In this document: positions 19,046-28,523 of the stretch, piece by piece
Layout: each line of letters opens with the position of its first letter
How positions within the stretch are numbered: the stretch's first letter is position 1
Assembly: GCA_964493715.1 (NCBI GenBank)
Contig: CAZBPC010000024.1
Location: forward strand, 1 to 36,980
Reading direction: 5' to 3'
DNA from: an uncultured archaeon
GTDB taxonomy: Archaea; Asgardarchaeota; Lokiarchaeia; Sigyniarchaeales; SOKP01
DNA length: 36,980 nt
Notes under the pieces: generated by a model
What the model saw: only the letters and a program-made list of their open reading frames with translations
The model's database searches: none
What the model was told of the DNA's origin: nothing
Translations under genes and position numbers: made by a program

Positions 19046-20269
19046 CTAGTACTCTCCAAATTCTTTTGCCCAGTTTTGATAATGATCCAAATCCTTTTCA
19101 GTGGTCATTGGTTTTACTTTTTTCAGAGTTTTTATGAAATCTTTTAAATTAATATCTCTAACGACCACATCTTGACTTGGATCTTCTAATAAACCACCCA
19201 TATCTAATTCTCGCACGGGAATCATTATTACTTCACGACAAACATTCGAAATATCTCTTCCGGAGTATCCATCAGCACGAACAGCCAATTCAATATAATC
19301 CTCTTCCGTTAAATCAGAATTGATACCTTCTGTATGAATCTTAAAAATTCCGGCTCTTGCGGGCATATCTGGGAGAGGCACATATACTTTCTTTTCAAAT
19401 CTACTCAGCATTGCAGCATCGATATCCCAAGGTCGATTAGTGGCTCCTAACACTAAAAGAGGTTTTTCACGATTAGATTTTATTCCTTGAATTTCACTAA
19501 GTAGTTGTGTTTTCACCCTTCGCTCACCACCTCCTTCATGACCTTCACCCCTTTTTGTTGCAATTGAATCAATTTCATCCATGAATATCAAACTTGGAGC
19601 TTTAATTCTTGCAAGATTGAAGAGAGTACTTATTAATTTCTCACTTTCGCCTAACCATTTGCTTAAAAGATCAGCCGAAGACACACTAAAAAACGTGGCT
19701 TTACATTCCGTAGCTGCAGCTTTAGCCAATAGAGTTTTCCCACAACCTGGCGGACCAAACAAAAGAATACCTGACCAAGGTTTTCTAGCACCTGTAAATA
19801 ATTTGGGTTTCATAATGGGGAGAACAATAGCTTCTCTTAATGATTGCTTGCTATCTGCTAAACCTGCAATATCATTCCAGCGTATATTAGGTGATTCTGT
19901 CAAAATTGTGTCAGAGATAGTATCAATTAATTCTTGTTCTTCTGGTGAATACTGATTATCACCTTTTTCACTCCCTTTATCACTTCCTCCTGAATCAGCT
20001 GGTTTTTGTGATGGATGGGAACTACGTCCACGTGGACCATTAAGATGTGCTTTTAAAACTTTAACACGTTCTACAAAATTTTCGACTTTATCTTGACAGA
20101 CTCTTCTCATTTCGGGATTTTTATTGTATTTCATAAACTGTATTAAAATATCAGCTGCTCTTTGGTATTTATTTATAGCTTTACGGTATTGACCGCTCTC
20201 ATCTAATTCTACTGCCGCTTGAGCCTCTCTTACTGCTACTAGATATAATTTAGAATCAACACTACTCAC
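19046..20269 (-). CDS. vps4: Vps4 AAA+ ATPase with N-terminal MIT domain
   Basis: MIT (AVELDESGQYRKAINKY), GPPGCGKT, pore loop SKWLGESEK, FMDEID, ATNRPWDID..RF, C-terminal EFG; GTG start. Confidence 0.96.
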   Translation of the reverse strand: MSSVDSKLYLVAVREAQAAVELDESGQYRKAINKYQRAADILIQFMKYNKNPEMRRVCQDKVENFVERVKVLKAHLNGPRGRSSHPSQKPADSGGSDKGSEKGDNQYSPEEQELIDTISDTILTESPNIRWNDIAGLADSKQSLREAIVLPIMKPKLFTGARKPWSGILLFGPPGCGKTLLAKAAATECKATFFSVSSADLLSKWLGESEKLISTLFNLARIKAPSLIFMDEIDSIATKRGEGHEGGGERRVKTQLLSEIQGIKSNREKPLLVLGATNRPWDIDAAMLSRFEKKVYVPLPDMPARAGIFKIHTEGINSDLTEEDYIELAVRADGYSGRDISNVCREVIMIPVRELDMGGLLEDPSQDVVVRDINLKDFIKTLKKVKPMTTEKDLDHYQNWAKEFGEY

Positions 20270-20482
20270 GACTAAAAACCTTTACTTTTAAGATATTTAT
20301 TTCTATTAAGATATTCTTAGTATTTATACGTAATCTAGAACAATCTTTAAATCTAATTTAATCTGTGGAAATATTTCAAATTTTCTCTTTAAACATCATT
20401 CATAAGAATTGGTCTACAAAAAATTATATAACCTTGAATTTTCTTATAATATATATAAAAATACCAAAATTTAGTGATTACG

Positions 20483-21109
20483 ATAGGATTTTTAAAGGAT
20501 ATGAGTAAATGGCTTAGCGGAGGTAAGAAACCAGATTCAATTCGATCCGCAACAGTCAAATTGAAAGTTTTTAATAAGCGACTGATGAGACAGACCAAAA
20601 AGATGGAAATGACATCCAAATTAGCAAGGGATAAAGCCGTACAACTACGAAAACAGGGAGATATGCAAGGTTCAGAATTCCACGCGCGAAATCACCTTCA
20701 GATAAAAAAACAAGCTCGTGCAATCGATCATTTCCGTACTAATCTTGAAGGAATGGTCTTTAAATTAGAACAAGCTAATGCTATAAAAGATGTGTCAGAT
20801 GTCATGCATGGAATTGCCCAGAGTTTAGGGATGTTGAAAAATCAGCTATCTATTCCTGAACTTACAGAATTAATGACTCAAATTGGCATCGATATGGAAG
20901 ATTTCAGCGTAACTGAAGAAATTACCTCTGATGGGATTGGAGATATGATGGTAGACACAGCAGTCACTGATTCTCAAGTAAAAGATGTTTTAGGCGAGAT
21001 TGATGCAGAGATACAAGTTGAAATTGGTGGAGCGTTACCTACTGTTGAACCAGATGGAAAAATAAAAGAACTAGAAGATGAGTTAAATAAATTAAAATCC
21101 AGAGATTAA
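20483..21109 (+). CDS. ESCRT-III Snf7-fold protein, CHMP1-3 (Vps2/24/46) group
   Basis: LKVFNKRL...GDMQGSEFHARNHL...KLEQA helical hairpin; amphipathic N-terminus (GFLKDMSKWL); C-terminal MIM1-like ELEDELNKLK. Start probably ATA 20483 (alternatives GTG 20474, ATG 20501). Confidence 0.9.
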   Translation: MGFLKDMSKWLSGGKKPDSIRSATVKLKVFNKRLMRQTKKMEMTSKLARDKAVQLRKQGDMQGSEFHARNHLQIKKQARAIDHFRTNLEGMVFKLEQANAIKDVSDVMHGIAQSLGMLKNQLSIPELTELMTQIGIDMEDFSVTEEITSDGIGDMMVDTAVTDSQVKDVLGEIDAEIQVEIGGALPTVEPDGKIKELEDELNKLKSRD

Positions 21110-21303
21110 CTAGGCTTCATCTTGATCGTATATTAAGGTTCTATTTCTTCTAACTTTTTAATTTAATAATTTTAAATATAAACTCATTCAAGTACAAATA
21201 AAATAATTCAAAAACTAAGTTTTTTCTTCTTAGCAAAATTATTTAAGATAAAATGCCATTCTTATCTTAATTTCTAATTAATTTATTCCAAATGAATTTA
21301 ATT

Positions 21304-22323
21304 ATGAGTATAAAAAAAAAAGTTATTTCAATTGGAAGTAATACTCTCGATGCGCTTATTCAAGTAAAAGACATTCTACGATTTGAGTTATTTGATAAAG
21401 AAATCGTTAAAAAATACACTGCTATTGAATATAGTCGGAAATTAAACGTCGAAGAAATTAGATTTTATCCAGGAGGTTCAGGTGCTAATATCGCTTCGAA
21501 TTGTGCACAGTTGGGATTTAATGCTATTTATTTAGGAGTAGTTGGAAAAGACTTCTCTGCTGAGATATGTATAAATGATCTCAAAAGAAGGGGTGTTGAT
21601 TTGTCACATTTAATACAAACTGATGAGGATTCTACAGCTTTTTCAGTCATCTTAAAAACAGAGTGGGGTAAAGATAGAAGCATTCTTGCTTATAAAGGTG
21701 CTAATAATTTGCTTAAACCAGAAGATATTAAAGAAGAACTTTTTAAGGATATTAGTGCTTTAGCATGGACTTCATTAACTTCTGAAAGTGGTTGTCAAGC
21801 AATTGAAAAAGCTATTACACTTACTAAAAAAAACGGTGGCTTGGTTTTTGCTGCTCCGAGCATGTCAATTATAAAAAATAATCCCAACTGGGCTAAAATT
21901 TTAATTACAAATTCAGATGTCGTATCAATGAATACTGAAGAAGCAGAAGAGTTCACCAAAGAATCAGATAGATATCTTGCTACTAAAAAAATGTTTGATT
22001 TGGGACCTAAATTGGTTTCTATTACAGATGGTGCAAAAGGCTCTATATTAACAGATGGAAAAAAAGTTGTTAGAAGCGGTATATATCAAGTTAGTGTAAT
22101 GGATACTACTGGAGCAGGAGACGCATTTCTAAGTGGGCTATTAATCTCTAAATTAAACAACTATCCACTTGATAAAATGACCCAACTCGCAACAGCAATG
22201 TCCTCCTTTGAATCTATGAAAACAGGTGTCCGAGAAGGAACAGCAACTAGTCTCCAAGAACTCGAAAAATTTATTGTATCCCACGAATTACAGCAAACTG
22301 TTTCCGAATTCACTCAATTCTAA
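21304..22323 (+). CDS. PfkB/ribokinase family carbohydrate kinase
   Basis: GGSGANIA, GVVGKD, NTEEA, ITDGAKGS, DTTGAGDAF. Start ATG 21304 or 21292. Confidence 0.93.
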   Translation: MSIKKKVISIGSNTLDALIQVKDILRFELFDKEIVKKYTAIEYSRKLNVEEIRFYPGGSGANIASNCAQLGFNAIYLGVVGKDFSAEICINDLKRRGVDLSHLIQTDEDSTAFSVILKTEWGKDRSILAYKGANNLLKPEDIKEELFKDISALAWTSLTSESGCQAIEKAITLTKKNGGLVFAAPSMSIIKNNPNWAKILITNSDVVSMNTEEAEEFTKESDRYLATKKMFDLGPKLVSITDGAKGSILTDGKKVVRSGIYQVSVMDTTGAGDAFLSGLLISKLNNYPLDKMTQLATAMSSFESMKTGVREGTATSLQELEKFIVSHELQQTVSEFTQF

Positions 22324-22457
22324 ATTTTTCCAAATTTGGAAGAAATATTATTTCTCAAGTTAGAGTTACTTTTATAACATTGCAATAAGGCATTAATATC
22401 ATTTTTCTTTAATTTAATCATTAAATTTTAATTCTTTCATATATTTTAAATATCAAA

Positions 22458-22559
22458 GCGCTGCTAGTATAGTGGTCAGTATACTGGTTTGCCATTTTTC
22501 AAGAAAATCTCTTGAAGAGTAATGAATCAGTAACCCGGGTTCAATTCCCGGGCGGCGCA
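22458..22559 (+). tRNA. tRNA-Gly(GCC) with a 30-nt intron (22495-22524) at position 37/38
   Basis: Acceptor GCGCTGC/GCGGCGC, anticodon stem CTGGT/ATCAG, loop TT-GCC-A|A, T arm CCGGG-TTCAATT-CCCGG; canonical bulge-helix-bulge (TTGC pairing GTAA, 3-nt bulges); CCA not encoded. Confidence 0.95.
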
Positions 22560-22697
22560 TCCCTATTTTTCTTCCTCAAAAACGGCTCTAAAAATTGGGC
22601 TCTAAAACTTTTTTATTATAAAAATGTTTATATTGTTGTAATATCTGATTATAATGTTTCAATGTCAATGTTAAATAAAAAGCATGTGAAATCATAA

Positions 22698-23318
22698 ATG
22701 AGCGATATAGAAAAAGAGATCATGAAAGAAGTACGAGAGTTCATAAGAGTCCTACTTAAAAAGTATTGGTATATCTTATTAATCGTGTTAATTGGATTCG
22801 TTGGTGCCATTGTTGGAGGGATCACGGTTGAATTATTATTCATTCAATCTTCTGATATTGGAGGATATGGTACCTGGACTTTTAATGATTTCTCAGTTGG
22901 ATCCTCTCTCGCTTTTATTATTGTATCCATAGGTTGGCTTCTATTGTTAGTGGTACTTCCACTATGTGGGTATTTTGGTCTTGTAGGAGGTATATTCTGG
23001 TGGAAGATAATATCTGCAGATAATAAAGCCTACATAAAAGAAAAGATGAGACACGACGATAAAAAAGAGGAGAGGAAAGCACATAGGAAAAAACACGCTA
23101 AAAAGAGAGGAGGTAGTGGTGGATTTACATTTTTTACCTTTATTATCTTTCTGATCGTTGTATTTATCGAAGGAAATTGGCTTGTACCATTTGGAAGCTT
23201 ACCATATAGTTATTTTATCTTTGTTTATATTAAGATATTTATATGGATTGGCATAATTGGTGGTATAGTTGGTCTCATTGTTTTTATCCTCTGGCTTACG
23301 GGTAAAATAGGAAAATAA
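22698..23318 (+). CDS. Hypothetical membrane protein (~4 TM) with basic cytoplasmic loop
   Basis: Hydrophobic segments flanking KKEERKAHRKKHAKKRGGSGG. Confidence 0.8.
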   Translation: MSDIEKEIMKEVREFIRVLLKKYWYILLIVLIGFVGAIVGGITVELLFIQSSDIGGYGTWTFNDFSVGSSLAFIIVSIGWLLLLVVLPLCGYFGLVGGIFWWKIISADNKAYIKEKMRHDDKKEERKAHRKKHAKKRGGSGGFTFFTFIIFLIVVFIEGNWLVPFGSLPYSYFIFVYIKIFIWIGIIGGIVGLIVFILWLTGKIGK

Positions 23319-23449
23319 ACAACTTTTTAATAAATTTTCAACATTTTTTTTTTTATAATTTATGGAATTCAAGCATTTTTTTTAAATACCTTGAGACTTA
23401 ATTTTAATTATACAAAATAGATCTCTAAAAAATTAAAAAAGTGATATCC

Positions 23450-24145
23450 TTGAATGTTAGTGAAAAAAAAAATAAAAAAAAAGAAATCGAAGTAATTTAT
23501 CTAAGAAATTATTCTAAAGCGATATTTCTTTTCCCATTGTTCATTACATCAATAATTTTATGGATAATACAAGCATTTTGGGGCCTACCTGGGAATTCTT
23601 TAGCTGGATTGGGATTTATATGGACATTGGTATTTTTTATCAATTTACTCACAATTTCCTTTGATTTTTCTTCAATAAAATTATTCATAATTACCTTAAT
23701 TATAGTTATTGTAATTCTTCTATTGGTTTTTCTGGTACTCCCTGCGACTATGGCTATGATTATGGAAGGATTTCAAAATTTTGAATTTAATATTGGGATG
23801 ACTGTAGAATTTTATATGGTCATGTCAATAATCTTGGGCGTAGTGTTAATTTTTGTATTTATTGGGGTAAGATTTGATTATTGGCGATTGGAGCGAAACG
23901 AGATTTACCATAGAACTGGTATTTTCCTCAAAGCTGAAAGATTTCCAACACAAGGTATAACGATCAAAAAAAAAATTCCGGATTTAATAGAATTTATACT
24001 CTTAAGAGCAGGATCTTTATCATTAATTGTGGGAGACAATGAGGTTGCTCATTTAAGCACTATACTTAATATAAATAAGAAATCAAATAATATTGATAAA
24101 CTTCTTAGTGAATTGCGCATAGAAGTCGATAAACCTGGAGCTTAA
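23450..24145 (+). CDS. Membrane protein (~4 TM) with possible C-terminal bacterial-PH-like domain
   Basis: TM block followed by YWRLERNEIYHRTGIF...GITIKKKI...LLRAGSL. TTG 23450 lies 4 nt after GTGAT. Confidence 0.75.
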   Translation: MNVSEKKNKKKEIEVIYLRNYSKAIFLFPLFITSIILWIIQAFWGLPGNSLAGLGFIWTLVFFINLLTISFDFSSIKLFIITLIIVIVILLLVFLVLPATMAMIMEGFQNFEFNIGMTVEFYMVMSIILGVVLIFVFIGVRFDYWRLERNEIYHRTGIFLKAERFPTQGITIKKKIPDLIEFILLRAGSLSLIVGDNEVAHLSTILNINKKSNNIDKLLSELRIEVDKPGA

Positions 24146-24212
24146 TTGTAAAATATAATTTATTAGATTAAATTATTATTCGGAAAATTGCCAAAATTAA
24201 AGGATTTGAAAA

Positions 24213-25961
24213 ATGAAAAAGCTCAAGTTTCACAAGAAAAAGCATTCACTTTTACTAATCCCCATAATTTTTTTTATAATTTGTTTAATCTTTTTATTTG
24301 CAAATAGAGTAGAAAGTTATGTTTACTATGAAAGATTAAAGTTTCAGTCTTGTGGAGCAACAATTTATGCTAACTTATATTATCCTAGTCATGAATTAAC
24401 TTTTCAAGAAAAGGCTCCTCTAATTTTTTATGCCCATGGATTCGGAAGTCAAAAAGATTTGGATCCACGTATCCCAAACGAATTTACAAAAAGGGGTTTT
24501 TATGTAGTATCAATTGATTATAGAGGTGATGGAGAAAGCTCAGGACACATATTAGATATTAATAATCAAAATTATAGAAATAGGACCAATGTCCCTGCGG
24601 TTGCCCAGGATTGTTCTAAATTATTAGATTTAATTGAATCTTTACCCGTTTATGAGAAAATAAATTCTTCACAAATCGGTTTAGTTGGTCATTCATTGGG
24701 AGGGATGATTGTTTTAATGAACAGTGCTTTAGATGATCGTTTTATAGCTACAGTGACGTGGGCCGGTTTAGTAAATTTTTCAGCAAGCTTCTTTGGAATT
24801 AGTAACGACAATCCATTTATGAATTATATACCTGCGAAAATAATAAATGATACTAATCCGAGAAACTTGCTTGGAATTCAATCAATTTACGATGAAACTG
24901 TACCTTATAAACAAAATGCTTTAGTTCTTCAAAATCTAACAAATTGTACCTTAATTAACATAACTCAACAACTGTTTTTGGGTGCTCATTATCTATTTTC
25001 TGATACGGTTTTAATTCGTACAATAAATTGGTTTGAAAACATTTTCTTCAATTCAGATACAATCAATGGTCTAATACATCTATCTTATAAATATACTTTA
25101 TTATTACTTGGTTTAAGTTTAATAGGGCTATTTTCAACAACATTATCTATCATGATCTTCATTTTAAAATTCTTTCATATAAAAGATGAAGTTAAAAGTG
25201 GAGGGAAAATTTCATCTGAAAATCTTAAAAGAAATATGATATCGACTCCTTTAAAGCAATCTTTAAAGGTTCTTTTTTATTTTATAACCTTTTTAGGAAT
25301 TTGGTTGATCTTTTTTCAATTATTTGGAATATCTAGTCTTATTATTACACCTATCATCATGATTATAATATATTTTGTGGCCATTTTAATCAAATATTAC
25401 ATTAGTTCAGAGAAAATTGGAGAAAAATTAAGCTTGTATATTGAATTACAATTAAAGAAGGAAATTAAATCACAGTTTCATAAGAATGTTTTGTTATATT
25501 CATTTATTTCGACAATAATATTTTTAAGTCTGTATATATGCTTCTCAATTTCTTATCCATTTGCTTTTTTCTCACCTGTTAATATCTTGGATTTTTTATT
25601 AGCCTATACAGTTTACCCCTTTTATTTAATTATGGAATTATTCTATAGAAAAATTATTTATCCTTCATTAAATTTCATAAGATCCGCATATAAGAAAACG
25701 ATGATAACCATGATATTATCAATAATTAATATTTTTATACTAATGATCTTGTCTTACCCTATTTTTATAATCAATTCAATTTTGGTCAGTTTTCTGATCT
25801 TTTTAGCAGTAATGATTATGAATTCGATAATATATGAAAAAACAAATAAATTTAGCTCAGTGTTGATAAATTCTTTCATTATAATTCAAGTGTTTTTTGG
25901 ATCTGCTGTTTCTACACTTTTAGGAATAGGATCATTGATCCATTTAATTACTATTTTATGA
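24213..25961 (+). CDS. Alpha/beta-hydrolase with N-terminal signal anchor and C-terminal multi-pass membrane domain
   Basis: HGFGS, DYRGDGES, nucleophile GHSLGG, DETV, GAH; about 8 C-terminal TM helices. Confidence 0.88.
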   Translation: MKKLKFHKKKHSLLLIPIIFFIICLIFLFANRVESYVYYERLKFQSCGATIYANLYYPSHELTFQEKAPLIFYAHGFGSQKDLDPRIPNEFTKRGFYVVSIDYRGDGESSGHILDINNQNYRNRTNVPAVAQDCSKLLDLIESLPVYEKINSSQIGLVGHSLGGMIVLMNSALDDRFIATVTWAGLVNFSASFFGISNDNPFMNYIPAKIINDTNPRNLLGIQSIYDETVPYKQNALVLQNLTNCTLINITQQLFLGAHYLFSDTVLIRTINWFENIFFNSDTINGLIHLSYKYTLLLLGLSLIGLFSTTLSIMIFILKFFHIKDEVKSGGKISSENLKRNMISTPLKQSLKVLFYFITFLGIWLIFFQLFGISSLIITPIIMIIIYFVAILIKYYISSEKIGEKLSLYIELQLKKEIKSQFHKNVLLYSFISTIIFLSLYICFSISYPFAFFSPVNILDFLLAYTVYPFYLIMELFYRKIIYPSLNFIRSAYKKTMITMILSIINIFILMILSYPIFIINSILVSFLIFLAVMIMNSIIYEKTNKFSSVLINSFIIIQVFFGSAVSTLLGIGSLIHLITIL

Positions 25962-26029
25962 AATATTTCATAATATATGATAAAAATTAAAAATTAAAAA
26001 AACAGTAAAATTTTACTAAGGAGAATCAC

Positions 26030-27280
26030 ATGTTAGATAAGAATTTGATTAATGAGAAGGATATAAAGATTAGAGAGAAATTGTTCCATTACGTAAAGAA
26101 ATTCAGTTTCCCGAGATTAGCAGGATCTGAAGGGGAGAAATCTGCTGTAAAGTTAACCGTAGAAACATTTCAAAAAATAGGTTTCAATGAAAATGAAATC
26201 CAAAAACAAGAATTTGAATTTTCAACCTTTTATTCAGAAATATTAGTAAAAATAATTGCGTTTATGAGTCTCATTCTTATTACAGTACTTCTTTTTATTA
26301 AATACCTTTTTCCTGCTTTAGTATTTTTTACAATAATAAGTATTCTAACAATCTTTCTCTCTATGATTAAAATCTTGAAACACCCCGAAATGCAAGGATT
26401 TTGGGAGAAAAGTTTTGGTAAAAAGGTATCTGCAACCAATGTTTTTATAAAAATTCCTGCAACTAAAATTCCAGCTGAACAAGCACGTAATATAATCATC
26501 TCTGCACATTTAGATTCTAAATCCCAAACATTTAAAACTATTTGGAGGGTTCTTTTTGTCGTGATATGGGAAATTGGAGGAATTACTTTTATGATTTTAT
26601 TTGCTTTATTCCTAATTGATTATTATTTTGAAATATATAGAACGATTCTGATCCTTCTAGAAATCGGTATTATTATTGTATCGATAGTGACCATTTTTTC
26701 AATATTTATGGTTATTTTAATAAAAACAGAAAATAATTCTATAGGCTCTTTAGATAATGCTTCAGGAATGGCATTAGTCTTTGAATTGAGTTCAATATTC
26801 AAGAATACTCCTTTGAATAATTTTAATCTCTGGTTTTGTCAATTTTCAGCCGAAGAAATAGGCACTATGGGTTCAAGATTTTTCGTAGATAAATATGAAA
26901 ATTCCTTTAATGACGAGAAACCACTTCAAATTAATTTTGACATGGTCTCATGTATGAATAGTAAGAGAAATGAAGTCGAATATATCAAATCCTATGGTAT
27001 TTTCCCCCCTAAAAGTGCTTCTCATATATTGCTTTCCCACATCCATAAATCTGCAGATGAACAAAAATTAAAGATTTATGGTCATCGAGTATTAAACGGA
27101 GCCCACACAGATTCCATTCCATTCCATTTGAGAAAATATGATTCAATTGACATAACTACATTATCTGCTACGAAATATTCTCACAGCAAAAATGACACTC
27201 CTGATAAAATCAACCCTCAAGTTTTATTAGAATCCTGTAAAATTGTGCAAGGATTAATCTCAATGCTTGATGATAATTAA
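26030..27280 (+). CDS. M28 family metallopeptidase with inserted TM hairpins
   Basis: PRLAGSEGE, SAHLDS, DNASG, AEEIG..GS, NFDM, HTD..PF, HSKNDT. Confidence 0.9.
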   Translation: MLDKNLINEKDIKIREKLFHYVKKFSFPRLAGSEGEKSAVKLTVETFQKIGFNENEIQKQEFEFSTFYSEILVKIIAFMSLILITVLLFIKYLFPALVFFTIISILTIFLSMIKILKHPEMQGFWEKSFGKKVSATNVFIKIPATKIPAEQARNIIISAHLDSKSQTFKTIWRVLFVVIWEIGGITFMILFALFLIDYYFEIYRTILILLEIGIIIVSIVTIFSIFMVILIKTENNSIGSLDNASGMALVFELSSIFKNTPLNNFNLWFCQFSAEEIGTMGSRFFVDKYENSFNDEKPLQINFDMVSCMNSKRNEVEYIKSYGIFPPKSASHILLSHIHKSADEQKLKIYGHRVLNGAHTDSIPFHLRKYDSIDITTLSATKYSHSKNDTPDKINPQVLLESCKIVQGLISMLDDN

Positions 27281-27300
27281 TAAGTCAAATTAAAAGAAAG

Positions 27301-27339
27301 AAGGTCTTCTGAGGTTTAATTTCCTCATGACCTTTTTTT
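27301..27339 (+). terminator. Hairpin plus T-tract between convergent genes (putative terminator)
   Basis: AAGGTC-ttc-TGAGG-loop-CCTCA-t-GACCTT followed by a T run. Confidence 0.5.
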
Positions 27340-27394
27340 CACGTTATGCTCATTTCAAGGAAAAATTCCTTTTTCCTTAATATGGAATAGAAAT

Positions 27395-27850
27395 TTATCG
27401 AACAATTAATACATCGCAACTAGCATTATTGACAACATGAGTTGATACTGTACCTAATATTGTACCAATTTTCAAATGTTGCCCTTTACCTCCTAAAACA
27501 ACCAAATCAAAATTTTCTTCTTCAATTTTATCAATGATATATTTTTCCGGTTTAATGTCTTCCACTAATCTGGTTTCGATGGATATTCCCTCTTCCTCAA
27601 AAAGTTTTTTTGCTTCTTCCAATATTTGATTGCCTACCTTAATATACTCATCGCGCATATCTGAATAAGAGGTTAAGGGAAAAGAGTAGGCCGTAGTAAA
27701 TACAGGTATCGTAATAGGAATCATGTGATGTTCAACGGAGTGAAATACTACGATTTTACTATTCCAATCTTTATATAAAGCAATGACTTTTTTAAGAGCT
27801 TTGTGAGCTTCTTTAGACCCGTCTATACCTACTAATATATTGTTATACAC
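27395..27850 (-). CDS. uspA: Universal stress protein
   Basis: ILVGIDGS, DLVVLG, LGTVSTHVV...CDVLIVR; SD GGTGAT before GTG. Confidence 0.95.
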   Translation of the reverse strand: MYNNILVGIDGSKEAHKALKKVIALYKDWNSKIVVFHSVEHHMIPITIPVFTTAYSFPLTSYSDMRDEYIKVGNQILEEAKKLFEEEGISIETRLVEDIKPEKYIIDKIEEENFDLVVLGGKGQHLKIGTILGTVSTHVVNNASCDVLIVR

Positions 27851-28139
27851 TTTTTATCACCTTCAAATAATTGATTACACATATATTATTTTATTTTTTA
27901 TTATTGACCATTATTAAATATTAGGATTATATTTTAAAAAATTGGAAATTGCTTTCTATAATGCGTTTCTAACATAAGATTGTTTTTACAACTGAAAACA
28001 GATCGTGAAACAGACCTTTCACGAAAATTAGTTTGTATTTGATACAAATCATCAAAGAGAAAGAAATTAAAAAATCATTAGTGATAGTTTGTTTTTAATC
28101 TAATTTTCGATAGTAACAATACACTTATTTTAATAGGGA

Positions 28140-28481
28140 ATGAATGATATGGCAGTAGTGAATGAAAAAAACATTTTGAAAAATGAGATTAAATTGATTG
28201 AATTAATATTTCAAACAAATCAATTGAGTCTAACTTCTGAAGATATTAAATGTATTGATAAACCAGAATTGCTTTTTGAATACCTTGAAGATGATCCCAA
28301 TAATATCCAGTTTGAATATATTATCAAGTTCTATGCGTATGGCTTTGGTGTTGATGGGTTTAACAGCTATGATAATATCATAAATACCATGAAAATTCAA
28401 GAATTGGACTACAAAATAGTATGGTATCCTGAATGGCGTGTAATAAAAAGAAAAGATTATATTGAGAATTCAGCTTTATAA
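28140..28481 (+). CDS. Hypothetical acidic protein
   Basis: 113 aa ORF; no recognisable motif. Confidence 0.6.
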   Translation: MNDMAVVNEKNILKNEIKLIELIFQTNQLSLTSEDIKCIDKPELLFEYLEDDPNNIQFEYIIKFYAYGFGVDGFNSYDNIINTMKIQELDYKIVWYPEWRVIKRKDYIENSAL

Positions 28482-28523
28482 AATATCAAAAGGTTTTATG
28501 GTATCTTTATCGAAATGAATATT

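Noticed and set aside
22328-22341. Palindrome TTCCAAATTTGGAA just after the pfkB-family stop
   Set aside because: Short and AT-rich; at most a terminator-associated element.
22512-22697. 61 aa ORF
   Set aside because: Overlaps the intron and 3' exon of tRNA-Gly; spurious.
27296-27340. Possible SECIS element (ATGA...AAA...GA on the minus strand, 3' of uspA)
   Set aside because: Stem after ATGA is too short for the eukaryote-like SECIS geometry, and no in-frame TGA candidate selenoprotein was found nearby; a terminator is the simpler reading.
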